The position numbers were made by a program, and so were the translations under genes. The notes below the pieces were generated by a model. It did not search any database. It was not told where the DNA came from and worked only from the letters and a program-made list of their open reading frames with translations. A DNA stretch of 64,000 nt. Source: Candidatus Bathyarchaeia archaeon. Its GTDB lineage: Archaea > Thermoproteota > Bathyarchaeia > Bathyarchaeales > Bathycorpusculaceae. Positions 38,308 to 48,101 of the stretch are shown here, piece by piece. Location of the stretch: NCBI GenBank assembly GCA_038883655.1, contig JAVZLQ010000002.1, positions 217,625-281,624 on the forward strand, given 5' to 3'. The first letter of the stretch is position 1; each line of letters opens with the position of its first letter.

Positions 38308-39177
38308 CTAAAACCTTATAACGTCCCCAGTTTTTATTTGTCGACATTTACTCCCGAAAGCTTCGGCAAGCCAACGAATAGCCCTCTTTCCAGTGCAGTG
38401 GCACGGTCCCAAGAATTCTGGGCTGAGATCCTTTAAGGTTTCAATTGTTTTGTGTAGCCTCTTGCTTGTTGCGTTGATTAGATGAAAGCCGCCTAAAACT
38501 GCATAAATCTTCTCTATTTCTGTAATCTTCTGTGCGTGGCAAATGGTGTTCACTACGCCAGAATGTGCGCAGCCAGTTAAAATTACCAAACCTTTACCTT
38601 TCAAGTTAACTATTAACGCTTGATCATCAACAAGCGCATCTTCAACGAGACGTCCATTCTTAAAAGTTAAGAACCCCTCAGGCTTTTCATAATCGTTAAC
38701 GCGTTCAACCTCGCCAGTGGTCATTAAGCCCTCCGCAATTTTAACAGCTTCCCTAGTCAAGATTGGGACACCCCCAGCCTTCCTAACGTCTGAAAGTGAA
38801 AAGGAAGCACCTATAAACCTAAGCTTTTTCTTGTAAGAGAATTTTGGGTGAAACGCATTTGGATGGGCAAAAACTGGAACGCTTTTGCCAACAGACCTAA
38901 GCAGCGGAATCAAACCATTCACATGGTCATAATGTCCGTGACTAAGCACTATAGCGTCAATCTTTCGAAGATTAATGCCAACAACGTCAACATTATTTAT
39001 CAAAGCCTCTGCAGAAGATCCAGTGTCCAAAAGGACACAAACATCTATATCCTTCGCTTTAGCTTGCACAAGCATTGACAAGCCATGCCTAGCAACAAGT
39101 TTAGATTCGCCTTTACCGCCCAAAGCATCGTCAACCAAAACTTTTATGTAAACACTTTCAATCAAACATGGCACCAA
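38308..39177 (-). CDS. MBL-fold metallo-hydrolase (DHPS-like MBL group)
   Basis: HGLS, LSHGHYDH, TGCAHSG, GGFHL, PCHCTG. Confidence 0.85.
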   Translation of the reverse strand: MVPCLIESVYIKVLVDDALGGKGESKLVARHGLSMLVQAKAKDIDVCVLLDTGSSAEALINNVDVVGINLRKIDAIVLSHGHYDHVNGLIPLLRSVGKSVPVFAHPNAFHPKFSYKKKLRFIGASFSLSDVRKAGGVPILTREAVKIAEGLMTTGEVERVNDYEKPEGFLTFKNGRLVEDALVDDQALIVNLKGKGLVILTGCAHSGVVNTICHAQKITEIEKIYAVLGGFHLINATSKRLHKTIETLKDLSPEFLGPCHCTGKRAIRWLAEAFGSKCRQIKTGDVIRF

Positions 39178-39269
39178 ACATGATTTTCACAAGTAAGCCT
39201 ATATAACATTTAGAATAGGGTGCAATTCACAATCAAAGAAAATGTGGATGTGTTTGATGGAGTTTCGGT

Positions 39270-39935
39270 TTATGAACCGTAGACTGCTCGAAGTCCTAAG
39301 ATGTCGCCTAGTCCAAGTGTTCGTTTGTACGTTTCGCCAAAGTTTGCATAGCCATACATTGTCAGCCAATAGTCAACATCATTGTATAAGTCTTTTAAGC
39401 CGCACCAGTGCCCAAACTCATGTGTCATAATGTTCTGCACATCCATCTTTCCAGCCTCACCACTCAAACTCCACGTATAATAGGTGTTCATGCGGCAGTC
39501 TGTTTCAACGATTCGGCTTCCACTTGCCCATATATAAGTTACCGCTATAACACCAGCTTGATAAGCGCCCCACGAAACAACGTTGTAGCCATCGCGTCTC
39601 CCAGCCGTTCTGGTGGTTGTCCCCTTGTAAACGAAAACTTCAAAACTTGTTTCAGCATCCCAAGTCTCAGCCGCCGTTGTTATAACTGCGACAACAGCCG
39701 AAGTGGAAAATCCATACTTGTTTGATGGGTTTATCCAATAGTTGATTGTTGTGTACCAGTGATATGGAAGTAGTGCATAATGCGGATTATTCATGGAATC
39801 GTCTTGCGGTGGAATGGCATAAACAACAATAATCTCCTCGTGGACTAGCGATTCAGCAACAACCATGGAGAAAGCCAGAGCAAACATTGAAAACAAAACA
39901 ACAAACAGCAAAGTGAGGGACTCAAACTTTCTCAT
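39270..39935 (-). CDS. Secreted matrixin-like zinc metalloprotease
   Basis: Signal peptide; HEFGHWCGLKD; TM Met-turn-like. Confidence 0.8.
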   Translation of the reverse strand: MRKFESLTLLFVVLFSMFALAFSMVVAESLVHEEIIVVYAIPPQDDSMNNPHYALLPYHWYTTINYWINPSNKYGFSTSAVVAVITTAAETWDAETSFEVFVYKGTTTRTAGRRDGYNVVSWGAYQAGVIAVTYIWASGSRIVETDCRMNTYYTWSLSGEAGKMDVQNIMTHEFGHWCGLKDLYNDVDYWLTMYGYANFGETYKRTLGLGDILGLRAVYGS

Positions 39936-40289
39936 ATAAACACTTCCACCGATTCAATTTAAACGTAAAACGCATATAAGCTTTTAACCAACAATGCAAT
40001 AGGCTATGAACAGCCCCTATTTCGAAAGGCCGGAAGTATACCACTCAAGAATCTCTTCAATTGCCATATTTGAGCATTTTACGAAGCTTCTCGTCCAAGA
40101 AGAGCTCAATCAACATGCCATAAGTTCATATAATTCACATTCCAAATCCAGATCAAAACCAGCGCAAAGAAAAACTAGAGGGGCTATCAATTTAACAACA
40201 CAGCAAAACGTAAAATTAACAAACTCAAAAACCTAAATAAGCGCCCCACAAAACAAATAGCAATGGCAAACCGAAATCACCTAAAAAGT

Positions 40290-40390
40290 GGCCGAGGTGA
40301 GGTAGCCTGGAAGCCTATAGGCCTGTGGACGTGAGCATAATCCACGACAGCAAGCCTAGTGCCCGGGTTCAAATCCCGGCCTCGGCCCCA
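40290..40390 (+). tRNA. tRNA-His(GTG) with 24-nt intron at 37/38 (40329-40352), encoded G-1 and CCA
   Basis: Acceptor GCCGAGG/CCTCGGC, anticodon stem TAGGC/GCCTA, T-loop TTCAAAT, BHB CTGT/ACAG with 3-nt bulges. Confidence 0.92.
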
Positions 40391-40424
40391 TATACGGTGT
40401 TTTAACCCTGCGGCCGGTGTTGCC

Positions 40425-40932
40425 ATGGCTTTTGAGGTTGTTGATGGGCGGTTTCATGTGTTTAGGGATGAGGATTTTTTGGATGCTTGCTGAGATTGAG
40501 ACGCATCCAGACGTTATGCGTTGGAACATTGATGTGTATGCTGGCGATAAGACTGAGATGTATCGTTCTTTTAAAGAGGCTATTGAAAGGCTTCAAATAG
40601 AAAGGGATAAGCTATTTCTTGTTGGAAAGTTGGATGGCAAAGTTATTGGTTTTGTTGGCGTGAAACGTAAGAACGAAAACCCACACATCGGCGATGTTGG
40701 CATATCTGTCCATCCAAACTATTGGAATAGGGGCTTTGGAACATGCATGTTAAAATTTGCCATTGAAAAAGCTAGGGATGAAGGGTTCCTAAAACTTGAG
40801 TTGGAAACGCTTGCCGCAAATAAGGCGATGCTGAGAATTGCGGAGAAAATAGGATTTGAAGTTGAAGGCATTAGGAAAGTTAAAAGAAACGAAAATTATG
40901 AGAATGTTGTCTTAATGGGGATGAATCTTTGA
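40425..40932 (+). pseudogene. RimJ/RimL-type GNAT acetyltransferase with apparent +1 frameshift at T6 run
   Basis: SD-preceded ATG frame MAFEVVDGRFHVFRDEDF joins GNAT frame WMLAEIETHPDVMRW if one T of 40475-40480 is removed. Confidence 0.6.
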
Positions 40933-41420
40933 AGAGCAAGAAAATTTTCGAGAATAATAGAGGTGGGAAACTAGCATTAGTCGCACATTGCATTTTAAAT
41001 CAGAACTCCCGCGTTTTTGGTTTGGCTGAAAGGCCTGGCATAATAAACGAAGTAATGGATATTCTTGTTCGTAATGATGTTGGCGTGATTCAGATGGTAT
41101 GTCCAGAACTCGCATACGCTGGGTTGACAAGAACGCCAAAAACGAGGGAACAATATGACAATTTAGAGTTTAGAGGTTTATGCAGAAAAATTGCTGAAGA
41201 ACTTGCGAGGCAGGTCAGCGAATATAAAAGACACGGGATAAAGCTGAAAATTATCATGGGTGTTGATGGCAGCCCAAGTTGCGGCGTGAAGGATTCTGGA
41301 ATATTAATTGAGGAACTGCGTGCGGCCTTAGATAAAAATGGAATATTAGCGCCATTCTGCGATGTGGACGTAAAAAACCTAAAAAGATGTGTTGTTGAAA
41401 TTGAAAAGTTAATTGGTTGA
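40929..41420 (+). CDS. DUF523/TudS-related Fe-S protein
   Basis: AHCILNQN, CPE, GSPSCG. Confidence 0.75.
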   Translation: MKSKKIFENNRGGKLALVAHCILNQNSRVFGLAERPGIINEVMDILVRNDVGVIQMVCPELAYAGLTRTPKTREQYDNLEFRGLCRKIAEELARQVSEYKRHGIKLKIIMGVDGSPSCGVKDSGILIEELRAALDKNGILAPFCDVDVKNLKRCVVEIEKLIG

Positions 41421-41441
41421 ACATCGAATTTTGGTTATAAA

Positions 41442-42428
41442 CTAAATTGGCGGTTTAACATGTTTTTTGTTTGTCGTTTTTCCACGCATCCATTTTTCAA
41501 ACTCGCTTGTCGGCGGATTTTCAGCATAAAGTCTTCGCCTATAGGCCTCCAAAAAGGCGTTTTTTACGCCTAGAAACTCGGCGGCAGTTAAAATTTTACA
41601 GTCCGCTTCACGTGCCTTGTCGAATATGCCCTCTACTTTTTCACGCCACTTCTCGTCTCTCAAAATGTGATGCTCCAAAATAACCATCTTTGCAATTTCG
41701 ACAACACGCCCCAAACCATTTAATCCAACTTGAACTTGCCAATCATTAACTTTAAATCCAGCCAAATATAATGGTGGTCCGCCAATCATCAAAAGCTGGG
41801 GCTTCTCCTCCGCAATTATGTCCAGCGTCTCCTTCGCCATTGGTCCTTGAACATCTGGAGCAAACATGAACTTTTCATCTCCACATTCCACAGTGGTCAT
41901 CAAAACCCATCCGAGAGCCGAATCTTCCGGTCCATGAAAGACAGGTTTGGAAAATTTTATTGTTGTTAATTTGCCACAATGAAACGTTTTCCCATCTGCA
42001 ACTTCGAGTTTCGCTGCGAATTTTCCGCCAGTTTTTTGGAAAATCCATCCTCGGCGCCGCTGACTAAAGTTTATGCTCTCTTTGGGATCCTTCATTAAGA
42101 CTGTTTTTCCCTCATAAATTTGCCGTGCAGTTTCAGTTTCAGCCGTCCAATTGCAAAGCCAATCCTCATACGAGGGCGTGTGATGGTCAAAATGGTAATG
42201 GCTCAATGTTACGATTTCCGCCTTTTTCGCAGCTTCCGCAATGCGCCTACGCGATTCAATTATAGCCTTAAACTCTAGTGGATGCGGAGGCAAACCAAAA
42301 CGCTGCGGGCATAACGAAACACCAGCATCCAAAAGAACCTTCACGTCAGGCGTTTCCACATAGGTGCACATTGACCTAACGCCCAAACTTTCAGCAGCTA
42401 AAGGCACAACACGAATCTTTTTAAGCAT
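41442..42428 (-). CDS. UPF0282-like MBL-fold hydrolase
   Basis: AESLGVRSM, SHYHFDH, DVQG, EHHILRD. Confidence 0.85.
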   Translation of the reverse strand: MLKKIRVVPLAAESLGVRSMCTYVETPDVKVLLDAGVSLCPQRFGLPPHPLEFKAIIESRRRIAEAAKKAEIVTLSHYHFDHHTPSYEDWLCNWTAETETARQIYEGKTVLMKDPKESINFSQRRRGWIFQKTGGKFAAKLEVADGKTFHCGKLTTIKFSKPVFHGPEDSALGWVLMTTVECGDEKFMFAPDVQGPMAKETLDIIAEEKPQLLMIGGPPLYLAGFKVNDWQVQVGLNGLGRVVEIAKMVILEHHILRDEKWREKVEGIFDKAREADCKILTAAEFLGVKNAFLEAYRRRLYAENPPTSEFEKWMRGKTTNKKHVKPPI

Positions 42429-42489
42429 AAAACTTCAACACTTGGTTGTTTCCTATAACTTTTTATCTAAGTCCAAACTTAGTTTTTTT

Positions 42490-42557
42490 GGCGGGCGATG
42501 ACGACTCTGGCCCCGCTGAACCAAAATGATTGGGATCTTGAGTGCGGCGAGCTCGCC
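42490..42557 (+). ncRNA. Candidate C/D-box sRNA
   Basis: Terminal stem GGCGGGC/GCTCGCC, box C ATGACGA, D' CTGA, C' ATGATTG, degenerate D GCGA; upstream TATA-like box, downstream T-tract. Confidence 0.6.
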
Positions 42558-42563
42558 AACCTT

Positions 42564-43139
42564 TTACTCTTCTGTTTTCTCCCACAATTCCATCATTTTT
42601 CTCTTTAGTTCGCGGCGTTTCTTGTGTAGGTAGCGGTAAACTGTGCCATGCGAGCTTCCTTCTATTAGCATTTGTATTGCTTCTCTTGCTGCTTGCACTT
42701 GTTCGACATTTCCGATTATGCCAACGGTGTGCCCGTAAACGCATATGTTTGTTTCCGTCAACTCCTCAATTATTCTCCGCGTTTTGCCGTCCATTCCGAT
42801 TATTCGTCCTTTCACCCGCCTCAGGTCTGATTCTGATTTTCCAAAGATTAGGCGTAAGTCAATTATGTCAAGCATTGCTTCTTCGTCTCTGATTAGGCGG
42901 AATGCGTGCTCAGGCGAAAATCCGCGTCCAATTGCTGTTACAACGTCCTTCGCCTTGAAAAGCGTTGATGGGTCGCGCGCGTTTTCAGCCAGCGTTATCG
43001 TTACGCCTCCAGCGTCACTTTCTATTTGAAGTGTGACGGCAAGCTTCTCCTCTATAGCCTTTTTTGTTTTCCCTTCTGGTCCGATTAATGCGCCTATGCG
43101 GTCTTTTGGTATTCTAACAAATGCGCTTGGTTTAGCCAA
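42564..43139 (-). CDS. KH-domain pre-rRNA processing protein (Dim2/Pno1-like)
   Basis: IGALIGPEG, AIGRGF, GRIIGMDGKTR, HGTVY. Confidence 0.92.
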   Translation of the reverse strand: MAKPSAFVRIPKDRIGALIGPEGKTKKAIEEKLAVTLQIESDAGGVTITLAENARDPSTLFKAKDVVTAIGRGFSPEHAFRLIRDEEAMLDIIDLRLIFGKSESDLRRVKGRIIGMDGKTRRIIEELTETNICVYGHTVGIIGNVEQVQAAREAIQMLIEGSSHGTVYRYLHKKRRELKRKMMELWEKTEE

Positions 43140-43923
43140 AGCCTGTAACCCTCATGTAGCACTCTTCAACCGGTGGCACTTCAACGCCTAACCTACTAAA
43201 ATACTTGTTTATATTGGTTAGGTCTCTTCGTAGTAGGAAATTCGCCATCGGATGTGAAGTTGGAACCGCTTGTGATATGTCAAATATTACTGGGCGACCT
43301 CTCCAAATCATGATGTTGTATTCGCTTAGGTCTCCGTGCACAAGTTCAGCCTTGAGATAAAGCCTCCGCAAATACTCAAGAATCGTGGCATAGACTTTTT
43401 CTGGGTTTTTCGGCGGCAACTCCTTCATTGATGGTGCTGGGACACCGTCCTTGCCTATGAATTCCATTATTAACACGTTGTTTTTTACGGCTATTGGTTT
43501 TGGCACGCGCACTTTTGCGGTTGTTGCTTGCTCGAGGTTTTTGAATTCTTTTTGTGCCCACGCGAAGATTAGGGAGCGTGTGTCCCTTTTTACGCCCTTG
43601 AACCGGTGGTCGCCTTCGATGTATTTTAGTATCCCCTTGCGGAACTCCGCGGAAACCGTCAAGTAGATTTTTATGGCTAATTCCTTTCCTTCAGCATCTT
43701 TACCCCAGTAAACCCTAGATTCTTTTCCAGCTTTGACAACGCCGTAAATCTCATTTATTACGCCCTTGTTTAAGAAGTCATATATGACCATGAGCGTGGA
43801 GCGGTCAAAAACCTCTTCCAGAACCTCGTATTCTTCGCTGCGCTTTTCCTTCATCAACTGTTCAGTTTCATATTCCTTTTCTTTTTGACTCAACTTTTTT
43901 CGGATAATTTCCTTAAAAGACAA
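43132..43923 (-). CDS. rio1: RIO1 kinase
   Basis: GKESRVY, AIKIY, WAQKEFKNL, HGDLSEYNI. Confidence 0.93.
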   Translation of the reverse strand: MSFKEIIRKKLSQKEKEYETEQLMKEKRSEEYEVLEEVFDRSTLMVIYDFLNKGVINEIYGVVKAGKESRVYWGKDAEGKELAIKIYLTVSAEFRKGILKYIEGDHRFKGVKRDTRSLIFAWAQKEFKNLEQATTAKVRVPKPIAVKNNVLIMEFIGKDGVPAPSMKELPPKNPEKVYATILEYLRRLYLKAELVHGDLSEYNIMIWRGRPVIFDISQAVPTSHPMANFLLRRDLTNINKYFSRLGVEVPPVEECYMRVTGFG

Positions 43924-43936
43924 GCTGTCTTCTCCA

Positions 43937-44245
43937 TCAAGAAATTGTCAAAAGACCCTTCTTGCGGAGCAAATCCGCCTGGGCTTTGGTGTAACGCCAA
44001 ATTAAATCGCCACGCGTGTCAGACTGAAAATCCCAAGGAGAAACAAGAACAACATCGCCGACGCGTATCCAAACTCGCCTCTTCATTTTACCCCTAATGC
44101 GGCATAAACGTTCATGCCCGTCTTGGCATTTAACCAAAACACGGTCAAAACCCAAAAGTTTAACGGCTATGCCTAAAACATCGTTTGGAGACGGGTAAAC
44201 CATCTCGCTTAATTCCTCTTCGCTTAATACCTTCTTTTTACCCAA
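43937..44245 (-). CDS. eif1a: Translation initiation factor aIF-1A
   Basis: CRIRGKMKRRVWIRVGDVVLVSPWDFQ. Confidence 0.95.
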   Translation of the reverse strand: MGKKKVLSEEELSEMVYPSPNDVLGIAVKLLGFDRVLVKCQDGHERLCRIRGKMKRRVWIRVGDVVLVSPWDFQSDTRGDLIWRYTKAQADLLRKKGLLTIS

Positions 44246-44535
44246 TCAGCCACCTCAAACGTTTATCGGCTTAACCTCCTTTAATGGTATGCCTAACTCC
44301 CTTAAAAGCATACTCACCACAAAAGGGGTTTTCAAATAAAATTGTCTTTCAACATTCTGGGCGCGGTTACCGCAAATGTTAAAAATGATCGAGCGCCCAT
44401 CTACATAAGAAACTGGACATCAGGCGCCACAACATACATTTACTTCCAATACAAACGCTCAACACTTGCAAAAAGGCTGCATCCCAGAAGAAGTTAAGCA
44501 CTCCCTTATTCTTCTTTAAAATTTGAACACTAACC

Positions 44536-44820
44536 CTATATTTTCACGATTTGCGCGTGTGGAACGCCTTCGATGTTTAATACTGCTTCTGGGTGCACGT
44601 AGCCCTTTTCTATGGCTTTTTGAACTATGTTCTTGCCAACCATGTTCACTATTGTGCAGTTGGCTATCATTTCAACAGCCTCTTCGGCGCTGACCCTTGC
44701 GCCCTTGTAGAACTCCTCCTTAACATTGAAGACTATTTTTCCTTCGCGCAACGTTTTTCCGAGGATTTCAGCGTCGCATATAGCCAAAAGCACGTTGTTC
44801 CCAATTTTCCTAAGTTTCAT
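44536..44820 (-). CDS. DUF424 family protein (start uncertain)
   Basis: LLAICDAEILGK, EFYKG, NMVG, GVPHAQ. Confidence 0.85.
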   Translation of the reverse strand: MKLRKIGNNVLLAICDAEILGKTLREGKIVFNVKEEFYKGARVSAEEAVEMIANCTIVNMVGKNIVQKAIEKGYVHPEAVLNIEGVPHAQIVKI

Positions 44821-44846
44821 GTAAACTTCCAATTTAGACAACCATG

Positions 44847-45257
44847 CTAAAGTTGTTGCACAGAAGACTTTGCCCCACAAGCCTCACAGACGAGGAAGGA
44901 TAGGCGCTTTTCCTTTATAATTCGCGTGTCTGGGCGCTTACAAACTGGGCAGACGACAAAGACCTCCATGTAACGTTGTATTAGCCTTTCAAAGGTGTCA
45001 CGTGAGAAGTTCCCCTTAAAGATTGCTCTTGACTCTTGAAACATGGCTGCAGTGGCCATCTCCCGCGTCAAAAACTTCAAGAGGTGCTGCGGGTCGCGGT
45101 TCAAGGCGTCAGCAACCTCCTTAAAATTGTGGATTGTTGTGCGCATTCCAACTACTGAGTGGCGAAGCGGAGGCAACTCTAAACGTTCACGTTTTAGGGC
45201 TATTTCTGGAATTTGCGAACGCGCCCTCTTCAGCAACTCTTCATAGTCATACTTCAT
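44847..45257 (-). CDS. eif2b: Translation initiation factor aIF-2 beta
   Basis: YEELLKRA, NRDPQHLLKF, CPVC.RPDT...CEACGA. Confidence 0.95.
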   Translation of the reverse strand: MKYDYEELLKRARSQIPEIALKRERLELPPLRHSVVGMRTTIHNFKEVADALNRDPQHLLKFLTREMATAAMFQESRAIFKGNFSRDTFERLIQRYMEVFVVCPVCKRPDTRIIKEKRLSFLVCEACGAKSSVQQL

Positions 45258-45347
45258 CCATGTTTTCTCCAAAAGAACATGACGCAACATACTATTTAAA
45301 ACTTATAACGCAAGCAATCAGAATGAAATATCGCAGAAGATGATTTA

Positions 45348-45860
45348 ATGGGCTACATATACCTCTACACGGGAACTGGCGCAGGAAAAACAACAAACGC
45401 ACTTGGATTAGCTCTTCGTTCTATAGGGCACAAGCGCAAAGTCGTAATAATACAGTTTCTGAAATGGTGGAAAAAAACCGGCGAATACAAGATAAGGCGG
45501 ATGCTCGCGCCATACTACGAAATTTACCAGTTTGGACGCAGAGGATGGCATGGACTAGGCAACCTTGACGACAGAGACAAAAAACTGGCTCAAAAAGCCC
45601 TAAGATTTGCCGAAAAAATCGTCAAGGAGAAAAAGCCGCACCTACTGGTTTTAGACGAAATAAATTTGGCGCTGCACTGCAAACTCTTGAATGTAAAAGA
45701 TGTTCTGGATTTTCTGGACAAGCTCCCGAAGAGGACTGATGTCATTTTAACTGGAAGGTATGCGCCGAAAGAGTTGATTGACAGGGCAGAGTTTGTAAAT
45801 GAGATAGTTGCCGTAAAAATGCCAAAAGAAACTATAACAACGAAAGGAATACAATACTAA
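45348..45860 (+). CDS. cobO: Cob(I)alamin adenosyltransferase CobA/BtuR family
   Basis: YTGTGAGKTT.ALG, IQFLK, LDEI, LTGRYAP. Confidence 0.88.
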   Translation: MGYIYLYTGTGAGKTTNALGLALRSIGHKRKVVIIQFLKWWKKTGEYKIRRMLAPYYEIYQFGRRGWHGLGNLDDRDKKLAQKALRFAEKIVKEKKPHLLVLDEINLALHCKLLNVKDVLDFLDKLPKRTDVILTGRYAPKELIDRAEFVNEIVAVKMPKETITTKGIQY

Positions 45861-46643
45861 TTGATGAGGAATAAAATTTTGAACAAAGACGAAGTCCTTT
45901 TTACACCTTCAGACACCATACGATACGTAGCCGAAAACAGAAAAGTTCCAGTTGAAGCCTTAAAGGTTCCCGAAAGACTGCTGATAACTTATCATAGAAG
46001 CACATACGAAAGCGCGAAAAATCTGATTCGCGGCAAGTTCTTCGAATGGATTTACGGTGAAATCGTGCCATTCTGCGTCGGAAGGTACAACAATATAGAA
46101 GTGGCTGTTAGCCGCTTTCATATTGGGGCACCTGCAGCCGTCATGATACTTGAGGAGGCAATAGCATGCGGTGCAGCTAAAATTTTTGAGGTTGGATTGT
46201 CTGGAGGCTTACAAGAATTTCTAAAACCCGCAGACATAGTCATAGTAACAGAGGCAATTCGCGATGAAGGAACATCCCACCACTATTTTCCACCAGATGT
46301 GAAAGTTGAATCCTCTCCACAACTAAGAGAGCTATTAATTAAGTGCCTAAACGACATGAAAATCAGGCATTTTGTCGGTTCTGTATGGTCAACCGATGGC
46401 GCTTATAGGGAAACGGTTGGCAAGTACCGCAGATTTAGAGACAACGGAGTTCTAGCCGTTAACATGGAAACATCTGCAATCTTTGCTGTTGCAAAATACA
46501 GAAATGTAGAAGCCGCTTCAGCGCAAGTAATCTCGGACATTCTAGCGGAAGGAGGATGGCTCCAAGCTTTTTACGAAAAATCAGTTAGGGAAAGCATAGA
46601 AGTTTTGCTAAAAGCTGTCTTGGAAACTCTTTCGAAGAGCTGA
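45861..46643 (+). CDS. Nucleoside phosphorylase (PNP/UDP family)
   Basis: IGAP, AIRDEGTS.HY, STDG.YRET, NME. Confidence 0.88.
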   Translation: MMRNKILNKDEVLFTPSDTIRYVAENRKVPVEALKVPERLLITYHRSTYESAKNLIRGKFFEWIYGEIVPFCVGRYNNIEVAVSRFHIGAPAAVMILEEAIACGAAKIFEVGLSGGLQEFLKPADIVIVTEAIRDEGTSHHYFPPDVKVESSPQLRELLIKCLNDMKIRHFVGSVWSTDGAYRETVGKYRRFRDNGVLAVNMETSAIFAVAKYRNVEAASAQVISDILAEGGWLQAFYEKSVRESIEVLLKAVLETLSKS

Positions 46644-46697
46644 AAAGCTTAAAGAGCAAAGCAATTTAGAGTGTTTAACTCTAAGCGGTGAAAACCT

Positions 46698-48095
46698 TTG
46701 AGGTATGGCCACCCTTACATTCCAAATTCTCAGCAGAAAATAAAGGAAGAAATGATGCGTGAAATTGGCATCAAAAGCATAGATGAGCTTTACACAGACA
46801 TACCAGAAAGGTACAAGTTGAAAAATCCCTTAAACATTCCGCAACATGCACTGTCAGAGTTTGAAGTTAAAAGACATGTGGAAGCTTTACTTTCAAAAAA
46901 CAAAACATGCAATGAAATGCCCATTTTTCTTGGAGCTGGATGCTGGCCGCACTACGTACCAGCAATCGTAAAGGAAATTGTGCAGCGCAGCGAGTTCCTA
47001 ACTGCCTACACGCCATACCAACCTGAAATCTCGCAGGGAATGCTTCAAGCCCTTTTCGAGTATCAAAGCATGATTTGCGAGTTAACCGCCATGGACATTG
47101 CCAACTGCTCCATGTACGATTGGGCTTCAGCCCTAGGCGAAGCAGCAAGAATGGCAGCACGCGTAAACGGTCGCAGAGAAATTCTTGTTCCAAAAATTAT
47201 TCATCCAGAAAGGTTGGCAACGCTGCAAGTCTATGCCGAACCAGCTGGAATAAAAATCGAAAAAGTTTCTTATGAAAGGGACACTGGCGAACTAGACCTT
47301 GAAGATTTAAAAGGCAAAATTTCTAAGCAGACAGCAGCCGTATACATAGAAAACCCATCATATCTCGGCTTTATCGAAACCCAAGTTGAAGAAATAGAAA
47401 AAGAAGCACACAAGCACGGCGCACTCTTCATAGTAGGCATAGACCCAACATCACTCGGAGTAATAAAACCTCCAGGCGAATACGGCGCAGACATTGTTAT
47501 TGGCGAAGCGCAGCCCCTCGGAAACCCGATGAACTTCGGCGGTCCGTTGCTGGGAATATTTGCTTGCCGCGACGACAATAGTCTTATCCGGCAGATGCCA
47601 GGGCGCATAATTGGCTTAACAACAACTGTTGATAACGCTAGGCAAGGCTTTTGTATGGCGCTGCAAACACGCGAACAGCATATTAGACGCGAAAAAGCAA
47701 CATCCAACATATGCTCAAACGAAGCTTTGTGCGCCGTAGCCTCTGCAGTTTATATGGCTCTGCTCGGACCGCAAGGGTTCAAAGGGCTCGGCGAAACAGT
47801 GATGTATAAGGCTAACTATGCTATAAGCCTAATTTCAAACATAGATGGCGTGAAAGCGCCAATCTTCAATTCGGCGCATTTCAAAGAGTTTACGGTTAAC
47901 TTTGACGATGCTGGGCTAACTGTTAAAGAAGTACACAAGAAGCTTTTGCAACGTGGTATCCACGGCGGAAAAGACATTTCAGGGGAATTCCCAGAGTTAG
48001 GCGAAACCGCACTCTACTGTGTAACTGAGGTTCACTCCGCCAACGAAATTGAATGTTTGGCGGACGCTATAAACCAAATTTTGCGGAACAAGTGA
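46698..48095 (+). CDS. gcvPA: Glycine dehydrogenase subunit 1
   Basis: YTPYQPEISQG, TREQHIRREKATSNICSN. Confidence 0.96.
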   Translation: MRYGHPYIPNSQQKIKEEMMREIGIKSIDELYTDIPERYKLKNPLNIPQHALSEFEVKRHVEALLSKNKTCNEMPIFLGAGCWPHYVPAIVKEIVQRSEFLTAYTPYQPEISQGMLQALFEYQSMICELTAMDIANCSMYDWASALGEAARMAARVNGRREILVPKIIHPERLATLQVYAEPAGIKIEKVSYERDTGELDLEDLKGKISKQTAAVYIENPSYLGFIETQVEEIEKEAHKHGALFIVGIDPTSLGVIKPPGEYGADIVIGEAQPLGNPMNFGGPLLGIFACRDDNSLIRQMPGRIIGLTTTVDNARQGFCMALQTREQHIRREKATSNICSNEALCAVASAVYMALLGPQGFKGLGETVMYKANYAISLISNIDGVKAPIFNSAHFKEFTVNFDDAGLTVKEVHKKLLQRGIHGGKDISGEFPELGETALYCVTEVHSANEIECLADAINQILRNK

Positions 48096-48101
48096 AAAAC
48101 C

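Noticed and set aside
40390-40430. tRNA-His as an integration site
   Set aside because: No duplicated tRNA 3' end or nearby integrase seen
44250-44530. Possible small ORF or ncRNA between eif1a and DUF424 gene
   Set aside because: Short frames without support
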